DNA from: an uncultured Nitrososphaeraceae archaeon
GTDB taxonomy: Archaea > Thermoproteota > Nitrososphaeria > Nitrososphaerales > Nitrososphaeraceae
Direction: 5' to 3'
Assembly: GCA_963765895.1 (NCBI GenBank)
Contig: CAVXZB010000063.1
Span: 1-14,559 of the forward strand
Length of the DNA stretch: 14,559 nt
The notes under the pieces were generated by a model. The model searched no databases and was not told the DNA's origin. It saw nothing but the letters and a program-made list of their open reading frames with translations. The position numbers were made by a program, and so were the translations under genes. Numbering within the stretch: the stretch's first letter is position 1; every line of letters begins with the position of its first letter. Of this stretch, positions 1 through 10,842 are shown piece by piece.

Positions 1-357
1 TCGATTTTTCCCTTTAGCATTCGATGTAAATTTATAGCATCTTCTTCTAAGCTCAATTAAATAATCTGATTACATATCACTACGTCAATGTATATAGATT
101 GCTGTCTTTATAAAGACAATAATTTCAGATTAGTTTCGGGTATTTGAAGGGATTTCAATAATCGACCCGTTAATTGATATCTCTGACCTATTTTTAATCT
201 ACATTGCTAATCTCAGCTCGCCGACTTAATAATCCAATTGACTTTGACTTTCGAAGTAAATTATTATTTCTATAAAATGGATTTAATATCCATAAATGTT
301 ATTACGTATAGAACACCGTAAATTGTAAAATAGTAAGAAACTCTTTTAATCTGTATT

Positions 358-488
358 GTGCAGAAATTTGTATACGTGAGTCAGGCCATTGCATGCCCTG
401 TGATAAAGAATTTATAGAAAAGGCAATGGCAAAAAGTCATAAAAGATCAACTGGTCACTAGGTCATAGAAAGAATACTAGAGAAATAA
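358..488 (+). pseudogene. Small C2H2-type zinc-finger protein, disrupted
   Basis: Manual translation from 375 gives RESGHCMPCDKEFIEKAMAKSHKRSTGH*VIERILEK*, i.e. C-x2-C-x12-H-x5-H with the conserved Phe. There is a premature TAG at 459-461 and TAA at 486-488. The probable GTG start at 358 (VQKFVY) is one base out of frame. Confidence 0.6.
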
Positions 489-1609
489 TAGTAGGTTATT
501 TAGATTTTAGTCTATAATAGTAGGATAGAGGGATTACTCCAAAAGACTGTGACAATATAGTTATTAAATAAAAATTGTACGTCTATGTTATAATTGATAT
601 TATTATATGTATCTGTTGCCAGTCACTCTGATACTTAATCTATTAATTTAGTAGTCAAAGATATAATCTCTATATAATTTGTTTATCATGAGATATTATT
701 CAGAGAAATATTTAATTGAAGGAAGAACTGTGATAAAGCCATGAACAGAGATTTAATGGTCTTAAAGAGAAATCCATAAAAGATCCATAAACTGTATTAT
801 TAATATTATTAACTATACTAGAAGGATGGGACGATAATGTGTTACGGCTAATAATTTCTTAGAAAGGAGTAAAAGGAAGAGATTAGAGAAATTAGGTTCC
901 TGATTCCACACTTTATTATGCTAAGATTATATATTACACAACGGCTATATACAGATTTGCCTATAATTCCATCTAGATATAGCAGACCGGATTTACCTAA
1001 CAGTAAATTAGTCTAGAATCGATACGCCACATTGCACAAGTGCGATTTATATAAGAATTCCTCCAATTCTGGCTATGAGTTAAGTTACCGCATTAAACTG
1101 AATCACGGTGGGGTGATGTACAGTTAGTCACAAGATTTCGTTCTAACCGTTGTTTGGCGTAATGTATATTATTACTTAAAATTGGCACTCATCTTGTTTG
1201 TTTGTATGTTTACAGGATTGAACCTATATCAATACGCGGATTGAAATGTCAATTTATAGGGATAATGATAAGAAAATTTTATACTAAAGGAAGTATTTGA
1301 AAATTCGAGCTCCATTGATAAACATTAACACATGGCTACTTCAGGCTAGACTATTTAAATTTAAATACAAAAACAATAGATAATAAAGAATTGAGTCAAA
1401 TGAAGTAGACCCAGCCCTTATTGAAAGAACCTACTATATCAGACAGTCCACAAAACGTGTCGCAGCCAATAAGCATATTCACTCAATACTCTTTCGTGTC
1501 AACTAACAATTTGAAGCAAGACTAGTCTCCAGAATCATGAGACAATCTAACGAAATAAAAAATGATTCATATTCTCTAAAGTAGAATGTCTTGATGATTT
1601 ATCATCAAA

Positions 1610-3021
1610 ATGCAAAAATTTGATTTAATAGTCATAGGTGGGGGCTCCGGATTGGATGTGGCTACTTCTGCGGCTCAACATGGCCTTACAGTAGCTGTTG
1701 TTGAAAGGGAAAGGATGGGCGGAACTTGTCTAAACAGAGGATGTATACCATCCAAGCTTTTGATTCACAGTTCAGACGTCATGGAAACAATTAAACACGC
1801 TGCAAAATTTGGAATAGTGATCAGTGGATATGCAGTAGAATTCCAAAAAATTGTTCAGAGGGTAAATGATTTTACCGACCATGAATCAGAGGAAATTCGA
1901 AATGCATTTGAAGGTATCAAGAATCCCAAGCTTTTCTCTAAAGAGTGTAAGTTCATAGGACCAAAAACAATTAAACTAATTGACAATCCTAACCACGATG
2001 ACAATGAACAAAATATTATAGCTGGAGAAAAAATATTGATTGCAGCCGGCACTAGGCCAAAAATACCAAGTATAGCAGGGCTCGAAGAAACAGATTATAT
2101 AACTAGTGATGAGGCATTGCGTCTTAAACATCAACCTGCCACGCTTACTATCATAGGTGGTGGTTATGTGGCTTGTGAGATGGCCCACTTTTTTGGAGCA
2201 TTGGGAACAAAGATAAATATCATCCAAATAGATGATGTCTTGCTTCCAAATGAAGATGAAGACATATCACAGAATTTTACTAGAGTTTTCTCGAAAAAAT
2301 ATAATGTATTTTTAGGTTATGAAACAGAATACGTATCCAAAATTAATGAGGATGGTAGCAGGAAATTCTTTGTAAATCAAAGAAAAAATCTGAGTCTTTG
2401 GAACTTGTTTCTGATCAGCTGTTGATTGCTGCAGGAAGAATACCAAATTCGGATACTCTTAATCTCGATAAGACTAGTGTTGAAGTTGATGTCAGGGGTA
2501 ACATTAAGACCAATATGTATCTCGAAACTAATATCAATGGAATATTTGCTCTTGGTGATATAGTAGGTCGGTATTTATTCAAACATAGTGCAAATCATGA
2601 AGCAAAATATGCCTATAACAATATTATTCATCATAATAATAAAATTCCTGTAGATTATACCGCAATACCTCATGCAATTTTCACTTCGCCTCAGGTTGCT
2701 GGAGTAGGATTTACAGAGCAAAAACTCAAGAACCAGAATCAAATACAATACGTAAAATCTATTTATCCTTACATTAATACAGCTATGGGAAAAGCAATCG
2801 ATGATCAAGACGGATTCGTAAAATTCCTAGTAGATAAGAAAAGTAGAAAAATCCTTGGGTGCCACATTATTGGAGATCAAGCATCCATCCTAATTCACGA
2901 AGTCTTGGTTGCCATGATGTCTGATGATAAGCATAGTGGTACTATCGATAGTATAGTGAGGACCATTCACATTCATCCAGCACTATCCGAAGTAGTTGTA
3001 AGGGCTGCAGCAGAATTTTGA
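1610..3021 (+). pseudogene. lpdA: Class I pyridine nucleotide-disulfide oxidoreductase (dihydrolipoamide dehydrogenase / mycothione reductase-like), split by one frameshift
   Basis: ORF 1610-2425 has FAD-binding DLIVIGGGSG, the redox disulfide GGTCLNRGCIPSK and NAD(P)-binding IIGGGYVACE. ORF 2398-3021 has LLIAAGRIPN, IFALGD and the catalytic HIHPALSE. Adding one A to the A6 run at 2383-2388 joins them (..NQRKKSESLELVSDQ..) into about 470 aa. Confidence 0.9.
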
Positions 3022-3309
3022 ACTAAATACTATGCCTATTCCTCAAATATATTTTCTTAGCTACATCAGTCAATAAGGCATAAATGAAATGCCACGCGTC
3101 ATACTATTTGATTTCGGATAGATATCTAATTTTTATATATCGTATCTTTCTGTGATTTGCTGGGTATTTTATCCATTTTTGGCTATTTAGTAATATCATC
3201 TTTGTCGAGATATCGAACACCAAAATTTACCAATTACTGATCTAAAAGAAGGTAGATTAGCAAGCCGCTTATTACATACTTTACTACATAAAAGTTCGGT
3301 GTAAATGTT

Positions 3310-3892
3310 ATGGATGGAAAGAAAGATGACAAGAATAGCGTAGATGAGCTGATAAAGATTATAATGCGATACTCAGAGAGAGCACTTTACTCACGACAGG
3401 GTAAACACGTTCCAGTGTCTGGACTCTTTGAGACACACCTAACCGTAAGTAATCTGCAGCGATCTATTGCATTCTATAGAGATATCATGGGCCTTCAACT
3501 AGCATTTGAAGTACTTATACACGGTTGACATTCTCCTGGATAGGTGATCATTCCTATGATCCTTCTAGACACTCTATGCTGGGATTATGGTCAGTTGGTA
3601 CTATACCTCTAGGTCTTAATCTGCACGTTGCATTTGAAATGGCAGCAATTAAAGACTTTTTAGATGCACCAAAACGACTTAAAGACCAAGGGATGGTACC
3701 TATCTTTCTTTGCTAAAGAGACAATTGAACCTAGTGTAATCGGATGGATGCCTGAAACTTGCAATTTACTTCCGAGACCCTGATGATAATCTCATGGAGT
3801 ATCTGACGATGCTAGATGAAAAGGAGCGGAAGCCGGACCTAGGAATTGTTACTTGGTCTGAATGGACTTGCAACAATAAACAAATCATATAG
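3310..3892 (+). pseudogene. VOC (glyoxalase/bleomycin resistance) family protein, multiple frameshifts
   Basis: Pieces in successive frames: GLFETHLTVSNLQRSIAFYRDIMGLQLA, then SMLGLW..LHVAF, then FFAKETIEPSVIGWMP, then YFRDPDDNLMEYLTML..PDLGIVTWSEW..* (TAG 3890-3892). These carry the typical N- and C-terminal VOC motifs. Confidence 0.85.
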
Positions 3893-4819
3893 GACATATT
3901 CAAACCACCATACGTACAGGAACTAGGCAGCAGTGTGTAACCCATGTAGGTAATCAATAATGTAACCTATCTCAGTAGTACAACAACTGGTTAATATAAA
4001 TAACTAATCTCCAGAAGTAGGCATACAATATACTAGCATCGAATCAATATGTTTCTTATGACTAGTCACAGAGCATCTTCAGGTTAATGCAGATTTAATA
4101 TCACTAATATGGCAACATCATTATTCTACCCTTCTAGAAACATATTTGTATGATATAAGATAATTCATAAGATTGTAAGCGACTATGGAATAATTACATT
4201 TTCGATGCATTGGACAGACGAAGAATATCAACTAAACCTGCAGCAGCAATCAATCGATTCACATACAGAATTGAATCTTACTGATGATGGTATCACATCG
4301 TAGGACATCATTGAACTATTTCTATATTGTAGTAGCGATGCCTCAACCAGATCATGATCAAAAAGTGTTTTGTTCCTATGTGAACTAGATTAGAACCTTC
4401 TTCTAGAAAGGATAAATATATTGTTATTATAAAACTGAATAGAGAATGAGATCGTTGGTTTAGATGCTCATGAATATTGTGGCGTTTACGTTTTTAATAG
4501 TGTTATCGCTTATATTGACTACAACAATAGGTCATGAAACGTTAGCATTCAAGTCAACCTCCGCATCACACAGTGATGGTATAACACGAGGTATTAACGA
4601 TGTCTTTTGTGACATTAATCTTTGTCAAGGACACGGATATTACCCTTCATGTCCATCAGGACACACGAAACTATACTGCAGTGGATATACACAAGGATAT
4701 AACAAGGAATGGGGTCGGCAGACAGGAAATGGGAATAGCAACTCGAAGGTTCGATCTCAAAATAATACCGGTACACAACCAACAGCGCCCCCAACTTATC
4801 AAACAAATAACTTATCAAC

Positions 4820-5475
4820 TAACGTTTCTGCATTGGTAGATGAAGGTAATGCTCTTTTATCTCAAGGTAGGTATTCGCAAGTGGTAGAATATCTATGATA
4901 GGGCGTTAGTAATAGATCCAAATTATGAGGATGCACTATACAGTCGGTAATACTCTTAACATCTTTTAGGCAACTATACACAGAGCTACATTTTACTTCG
5001 ACAAAGCATTATCTATAGATCCAAATGATAGGGATACATTAGATGGTAAGGGTGCTGCTTTTGGTGGATTAGGCAATTATACAGAAGCCTATACAATATT
5101 ATGATAGGGCGTTAGTAATAGATCCAAATGACGGACAAGCGCTTGATAATAAGGGTATGCTCTTGCTACATGGGCAATCATACGCAGGCAATATCATATT
5201 TTGATAAAGCCTTAGCAATAGATCCAACTAATAAAAGAGCCCTTAATAATATGGGTGTAAGTCTTGACAGCTACTTAGGTAACTACTTGCAAGTGATACA
5301 ATCCTTTGACAAGGCTCTAAAATAGATCTAAACTTTGAAGAAGCACTAACTAACAAAGGTAACGCTCTAATAATCTCGCAATTATACAGAAGCTATACAA
5401 TATTACAATAAGGCCCTAGTTATAGATCCAAGTCACAGTAGTGCACTAAATGGAAAACAAAATGCTATTTCTAAG
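4820..5475 (+). repeat. Tetratricopeptide repeat array (~6 units, ~102 bp period) inside the pseudogene
   Basis: Recurring AL.NKG..L..LGNYT.AI.Y(F/Y)D(K/R)AL.IDP. An exact 30-bp DNA repeat, tatgatagggcgttagtaatagatccaaat, occurs at 4894-4923 and 5100-5129. Confidence 0.9.
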
Positions 5476-5496
5476 TTGATAGCATCTGCGCCCACA

Positions 5497-6740
5497 TCTG
5501 GATATAGTCATGGATGCTCTGATGCACAAATATCCAACCCAGCAGATGGTAATTAATCAAACTGGAAAAGGTCCAAACTTACATAGCAAGCCGATTATGC
5601 AAGCATATCGCAAAGGTCTTGATGCATGTTCCGGCTATTCAAATGGAGGTAGTAGTTTTGATATTGTAAATCAACTACAGCAAAGTACTGGACACCAACT
5701 AAAGTAACTTCGACTAACATGACCGGTCTTCATATTATATTCGATGGGACGGATAGCACATTTAAGATAGGAAATAAAGACCTTAATGCGTGTGTAGATA
5801 TGGTCAGTGATAACGATACAGAGGTATCGTTAGTATGCCATCCTATAACAAATATTCCCCAAGGTAAGAATGGCACACTAGATGTAGGATATTTCATAGT
5901 ACCAAGCAAACGACACACTATACGCATGTGGCAAAGTCCAATTCAATAAGATAGAAGTTTGCCAAGAATTTGATGGTTTAGAAAAACGATTAGACTTGAA
6001 TACAACGGTTTATAATTATGTGAATACGGCGATGGGATGTCTAAAACATCAAAAGATAGACACGCCGGCTTTGGATAAATGTATTCTCGAAAACGATAAT
6101 CCGTCAGAAGAATCAATCTATGCGGCGTCTGTAATACATCTGGTTATAATCATGGGTGTTCAGATGCTCAAATCTCTAATCCTGCACACCGGTACATAAA
6201 TCAACCAGAAAAGAGTCCAGCTTCCATAGTAAGACATTTATGCAGACATATAACAAAGGCTATAACGCCTGCTTAAGTAATTCAAATAACCAATCGAAAA
6301 GTGGCAAGAGTTTTGATAACGAAACTCTACAGATACAAAGCTACTGGACACCAAATAATGTAACCGGCAACTATCATATCATATTAGAAGGTGTAGATAG
6401 CACATTAAAAGTTGGAAATAATGGATTAAAGGCTTGTATTAACGGCGGAAATGACCATCTCATATTATGCCACCCTATAACGAATATTCCTCAAGGTAAA
6501 AGTAATACAGTGGATGCAGGGTATTTTTGGACTGGGCCCAAAGTAATCAGACATCGATATTGGGCTGTGCCTATGCTAAATTTGATGGAATAGGAGTCTG
6601 TATTGGATTTGAGGGACAAACAAATGCATTTCGATTTGCCTACACTAACATACGATGATGTTTATACTGCAATAGGATGTCTAAAATATCATAGGGCAGG
6701 CACGCCAGCTTTAAGTGAGTGCACACTTGATAATGATTAA
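5497..6740 (+). repeat. Diverged tandem duplication, ~642 bp period (unit 1 ~5497-6105, unit 2 ~6139-6740)
   Basis: Paired segments: SGYSHGCSDAQISNPA / SGYNHGCSDAQISNPA; HIIFDGTDSTFKIGN / HIILEGVDSTLKVGN; CHPITNIPQGK in both; TAMGCLKHQKIDTPALDKCILEND / TAIGCLKYHRAGTPALSECTLDND. Confidence 0.9.
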
Positions 6741-6925
6741 ACTAGGATGTAAGCCCATCAAGGATGAGTAGAAAGTCATCAAGCCTCTAAAGAATACTTA
6801 TCTACAGAATACATCATTTGACGCGCCTCGTGTTTCAAGAATTATAATCAATTCGAATCCAGGGAGCCTTAGATATCAATAGAATCGGCTATTATCTCCT
6901 AAAATCTGAATGAACTATTTCATAG

Positions 6926-7708
6926 ATGAATCGGGCTTACTATGCCATATTGGTTCTGTCCATATTGGCAATTATCGCCGCATCAGTGTATTTAATTAAT
7001 AGAAAATCTCCACCACAGCCCTTTTCAAATCAGCTAGGCTTTACTCAAATCTATACTCCAAAGCCAGGTGGTAGGGTGTTTACTGCAATGCAGATTTCAG
7101 GAGATAATTGTGTATTAGATGGGATTAGATTCAACCTTGCTAACAAACATACTCTTGTAGATAGAGAATCAACTTGGATCTTTACTCTAAACAATAATCC
7201 CGCACCTTGTACTGATAAACCGTGGTGGGCTCCTAAGATCGGCTCACATGGTGATGATGATCAAGCTGCAGGACTGTATGAAGCATCTGTTCCATACACT
7301 GGTGGATTTCACTTGATGCGCACAGAAGGACCATTTGAACAATACCATCAGTGTAGAGGTTATCAATATGCGAATGTTCCACCAATGCCACAAGGAAAAC
7401 CAATTGGTATTAAGACTGCTCAGTGGAGAATTCCAAATGGAGTTCATGTAGAATTTTGGTATGACTTTACTGGTGGTGGAAAAGGACCTTGGATAAAATA
7501 TGCAAGCTTAGACGACATACTGCCAGGATACTGCGATGGGGGTTCTATAACTGGACCAATAGGCGTGAATGGTAGACTAATAGGTCCTGCACCAGCTCAA
7601 GATACTATGAGACTGAATGGAGCCGATGCCACTTATATTGGAGGTTCGATTGTGGAGTTGCTTTCAGGTCAAACTCCTAAAGGGGTCGTAGGTTCTAGTT
7701 CTCAGTAA
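6926..7708 (+). CDS. Membrane-anchored or secreted hypothetical protein, beta-rich (possible jelly-roll, carbohydrate-interacting fold)
   Basis: Intact 260-aa ORF with an N-terminal TM helix (YYAILVLSILAIIAASVYLI) and a Gly/Trp/Cys-rich ectodomain. It shares motif order with the 13660 ORF. The fold is an inference. Confidence 0.8.
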   Translation: MNRAYYAILVLSILAIIAASVYLINRKSPPQPFSNQLGFTQIYTPKPGGRVFTAMQISGDNCVLDGIRFNLANKHTLVDRESTWIFTLNNNPAPCTDKPWWAPKIGSHGDDDQAAGLYEASVPYTGGFHLMRTEGPFEQYHQCRGYQYANVPPMPQGKPIGIKTAQWRIPNGVHVEFWYDFTGGGKGPWIKYASLDDILPGYCDGGSITGPIGVNGRLIGPAPAQDTMRLNGADATYIGGSIVELLSGQTPKGVVGSSSQ

Positions 7709-7912
7709 AGTTTATCTTAGATGCGGCACTTACTTGTGGATCACTATCGTGTAAAACATATCATAACTGACTTAACACAATATCACATGCATAATTAATT
7801 TTTTCCCCAAATTGAGGCTACTAAAAAATGCAATGGCTATAATAATTTGGCATGCCTCATCATATACATAATTGTCTACCTTGAGTCTATGTCTAGTATG
7901 CAGTATTTTGAT

Positions 7913-8279
7913 AATATTTATAATCTGGCACACCACATAACGTATTATAACTTATGTCCGGGATGATTAATCTGAATGAGTTAAAAAATCTGAAATGTTA
8001 GACTTATTGCATATTGACTGAATTAATACGTTGATTCGTCATTGACTAGTTGCTACCATTCATAGATATCATCAATTGGGGTAATCAGTCATGATAGTTT
8101 ACCTATGAATCATATCAGTTACGTTACGATTAAGTTTGGGGCAATTTTAATAGCTCTGATTTATGTGCATCAGAATCTTATACCCTGATGTCTATGGATT
8201 CCAGATGAATGTTCTTTACTTCTGGATGCAATATATAGTAATAGTAATCCTGTTTGATAGCAATTATTGGATAAAGTGA
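7913..8279. repeat. Degenerate dispersed repeat, copy A (candidate mobile-element end)
   Basis: Collinear blocks shared with 12947-13344: aatatttataatYtggcRcRccRca; gtatta; gactgaattaa; atagatatca; cagtcMtga; aattttaataRctctgatttatg; ggatgca; tagtaatagtaatcctg. Confidence 0.8.
8130..8279 (-). pseudogene. 3' remnant of a gene with a His-rich, Zn-finger-like tail (copy A)
   Basis: Minus-strand translation SLYPIIAIKQDYYYYILHPEVKNIHLESIDIRV*DSDAHKSELLKLPQT* is homologous to 13192-13344. Confidence 0.65.
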
Positions 8280-9052
8280 AAAAAGCAAGAGACGAGACAA
8301 AGAGATAGACTAAACCTAGCAATTATAGCGAACAATCATTATGCTGGATTTGGTCCTGGAACTGCTAACACATATAGGAAAATGTTGGTAAGAGGATGGT
8401 AAAAATATGGTAACGGGATCGCCGATCACCACAGAGAACGGCAATACCATTACCATATCACTTGTCTTTGAAGTACCAAATGGAGAGCATCCAGTGTCTC
8501 CACCTTTTATGAATGTGGAGTGTTATATAGGTAGTATATGTACAGTGTAATGCAGTGCAACATACTAGCAACATAACAAAATAGTTTACCTAGAATCAAC
8601 CTGACCAAAAAATATAATTGAAGTGGCCGTGAAGGATGTTAGGTTCAGGAGTAATAATAGACAGTTTAGAGAGTTCAAGGATTATTCTTCTAAGTTAGTG
8701 CTCCCGTTGTATTGTAGTGTCCTGGGTAATGCGTTAGTGTCCTGAATTACCTTGTTGTTGCTACCTCTGCTGCCTGTCGCTGGTAGTTGCCGTCCATCAT
8801 TGCTTTTTTACTCTACTTATTTCTACTACGAACAACGCTTCCACCAACCCACAAAAACCGGGGTTTGTAGTTCACTCTTAATGTCCTTGAGACACCTCGT
8901 ATTCCGGCAAGGCAAAAGATGACCAGCTAAATCTTTGAATCGTCTCTTGTCTTTGTTTCCATTAATATCGCGTGACCTTTGCCATTTACCTACTCTGCCA
9001 TCCAAAATATGAAAAATAGATTCATACTTATAAGACTAGACTAGGTGCATGG

Positions 9053-10110
9053 TCATGATTCAAATATTAAGTTAAACGGTGTCTGGGTAGCCCGACGAAA
9101 CTTTGAAAACCCTGCCGATTTTACAGTTTGTGCTATTCGTTCTTCACCTGCCTGCGCTCCCAGTGCAGGTCCATCTTCGTTTAAAAAACCAGGGACACTT
9201 ACAATGGATGATACTGAGTAGAATACTCTTCCAAGCGGGTTTAAATTGTCTTCCACTCTATCATTGGCAAAAGGCTCAACTAACATCAATGTGCCATTCT
9301 TTTTCTTCAATGTCTGTAATGCATGTCATTACTGCCGCTGGATCACCCATGTCATGGAAACAATCAAAGAACGCAACTAAATCATAATCGTCTCCCGGGT
9401 AGTAAGTGGCTTTTTGCAACTTCAAAAGTTATGTTCTCAAGCCTTCTTTTTCTGCTTGTTTCCTAGCCCATTCAATTGACGGTTTGTGAGAATCAAACCC
9501 TATAACTTTTGTATTAGGGTATGCTTTTGTAATCAGGATTGTCGATACACCATGACTACATCCTATGTCTGCTACTTTTGACATTGTTCATTCTTGAGTA
9601 TGTGTTCAATACCTTCTAATGCGGGGATCCAACTGGTTGTCTAAGATTAGCAACATAGTTTGGCTTGAAGAATCTCTCTGTCCCTTCAAATAATTAATGA
9701 TGATGGTCTCCCCAACCAAGACCCTTTCCATTCTTAAATACCTCAATAATTTTTTCCACATCTTTAAATAGACTTACTAGGGACTGATAGAAACCCGCTA
9801 CATAGGCCAGGCTATTCTCGTCAGTGAGAGCAAGAGCATGCTCGTCTGGGAGCATGTATGTGCCATTTGTAGAATTGTATGTAACAAAACCTCCGGCTTT
9901 TGACCGGCAAGCCATTCTTTTATTATTCGTGGATGTGTCCTTGTCTTGTTTGCCAATTCTTCCGGTGTTAACTCACCTGCTCCTGCCATTGCCTTGAACA
10001 ATCTAAGTCTGTCTCCAACAAAAGTAATTAATGCGCCTTCAACTGCTTCCCCATTCATTCACTGCTTTACCAATAAATTCTTGTAACTTTGCCCTATCTA
10101 TTGATCCATT
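9053..10110 (-). pseudogene. Class I SAM-dependent methyltransferase with N-terminal winged helix (Rv2258c-like), multiple frameshifts and stops
   Basis: Pieces: IDRAKLQEFIGKAVNEWG; VGDRLRLFKAMAGAGELTPEELA..HPRIIKEWLA; GGFVTY..GLGWGDHH*; motif I KVADIGCSHGVST; YDLVAFFDCFHDMGDP; LMLVEPFANDRVEDNLNP..ALGAQAGE..AGFSKFRRATQTPFNLIFES*. The true start is not resolved. Confidence 0.9.
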
Positions 10111-10343
10111 TTTATATTTGAAAATATGAACTGAGGCACTACATTACTTCGGCTTAACTATGTTAGATAACGTATAATAGATAGGTGTGTTGAGACTATT
10201 ACTCGATTCGTTCGAACAGGATTATTCATTACCACAATCATAGTCAAGTCCAGCAATTCTTCTGGCTGGATTTCATATGGTCGTTATGTTTATTAAAAGT
10301 TCATGTGAAATGCTAGTTCGAGCTAACTGCTTCATTCAATGGA

Positions 10344-10580
10344 TTAAAATGTGGCGCTTCGATAATATTCTGCAACCGCAAATATATGCTTGCACTTGGC
10401 ATTGTGGCGAGCATAATCTGGACATGAACAAATCCATCTATTGAGTTGCAGTGACGGTATAAGTATTGTCACTAGATGTCGATCTGACACTATAATTAGA
10501 ATCGCTTATAAGTGTAATGGCGCCACTTGTCTGGGCTATAGTTTGCCTTGCTCTTCGCGGTTAACAAGTCGTCTAGGCAT
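10344..10580 (-). pseudogene. SWIM zinc-finger protein fragment (possibly the N-terminus of a transposase-like gene), frameshifted
   Basis: MPRRLVNREEQGK / IAQTSGAITLISDSNYSVRSTSSDNTYTVTATQ / RWICSCPDYARHNAKCKHIFAVAEY..*. This contains the SWIM C-x-C-xn-C-x-H signature. Two indels keep it off the ORF track. Confidence 0.8.
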
Positions 10581-10812
10581 CTTTAGCCATCGCGCACATC
10601 TTGATGACAGTATGTAGTTTTTTCATCTATTGCTTCATCAAATCTTTTGTTCAGGATACTCTTGATGCTCTCTTCCGATTCTAGTTCCTTCGGTTTTAGA
10701 TCCTTAGTGTATATGCGTAACTAGGCATTTTCACCATCTTCCAATGCAACTTACTTCTTACTGGACATCTGTGTCAGCCTCTAATTGTGGTATCTCTTAT
10801 CGTATGCGTTCC

Positions 10813-10842
10813 GTAGAGAACGACAAATTGTCGTTCTCCTAC
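10813..10842. other. Near-perfect inverted repeat
   Basis: gagaacgacaa-a-ttgtcgttctc (10816-10838) has perfect 11-bp arms around a 1-nt centre. It extends by gta/tac with one bulge. Confidence 0.85.

Larger units (their letters stand above)
4464..6740 (+). pseudogene. Large exported multidomain protein (signal peptide, Cys/Gly-Tyr module, ~6 TPRs, two tandem ~210-aa units), heavily frameshifted
   Basis: The hydrophobic N-terminus ends in ETLA. The small + strand ORFs at 4464, 5128, 5510, 5719, 5996 and 6240 read as consecutive pieces of one protein when frames are switched. The last piece ends TAIGCLKYHRAGTPALSECTLDND* (TAA 6738-6740). Confidence 0.75.

Noticed and set aside
103-118. 16-bp palindrome tgtctttataaagaca (also tatttaaatttaaata at 1352-1367)
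   Set aside because: AT-rich, single copies with no clear linked gene. Plausibly chance.
1-240. Minus-strand coding-like stretch (..IDVVICNQII*LSLEEDAINLHRMLKGKI)
   Set aside because: Multiple stops and cut by the window edge. No family could be assigned.
459-461. In-frame TAG as possible pyrrolysine readthrough
   Set aside because: No pyl genes are in view and the region is full of ordinary nonsense and frameshift lesions.
1855-2808. Minus-strand ORFs 1855-2052, 1976-2227 and 2575-2808
   Set aside because: Antisense shadows of the oxidoreductase with no recognisable motifs.
3766-3957. Minus-strand 63-aa ORF
   Set aside because: It overlaps the plus-strand VOC C-terminus (YFRDPD..), which explains the open frame.
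3895-4390. Short interrupted plus-strand frames (e.g. IIHKIVSDYGIITFSMHW..)
   Set aside because: No start codon, internal stops and no recognisable motif.
4894-5129. 30-bp exact direct repeat as a possible CRISPR repeat
   Set aside because: Only two copies, 206 bp apart, both encoding YDRALVIDPN of TPR units. There is no spacer array and no cas gene.
4600-5927. ORFs 4600-4839(+), 4615-4818(-) and 5730-5927(-)
   Set aside because: Alternative-frame or antisense shadows of the large exported pseudogene.
8820-8880. GC-richer stretch as a possible IS200/IS605 end or structured RNA
   Set aside because: The stem is weak and imperfect, there is no tnpA/tnpB/iscB nearby, and it lies within a coding-like remnant.
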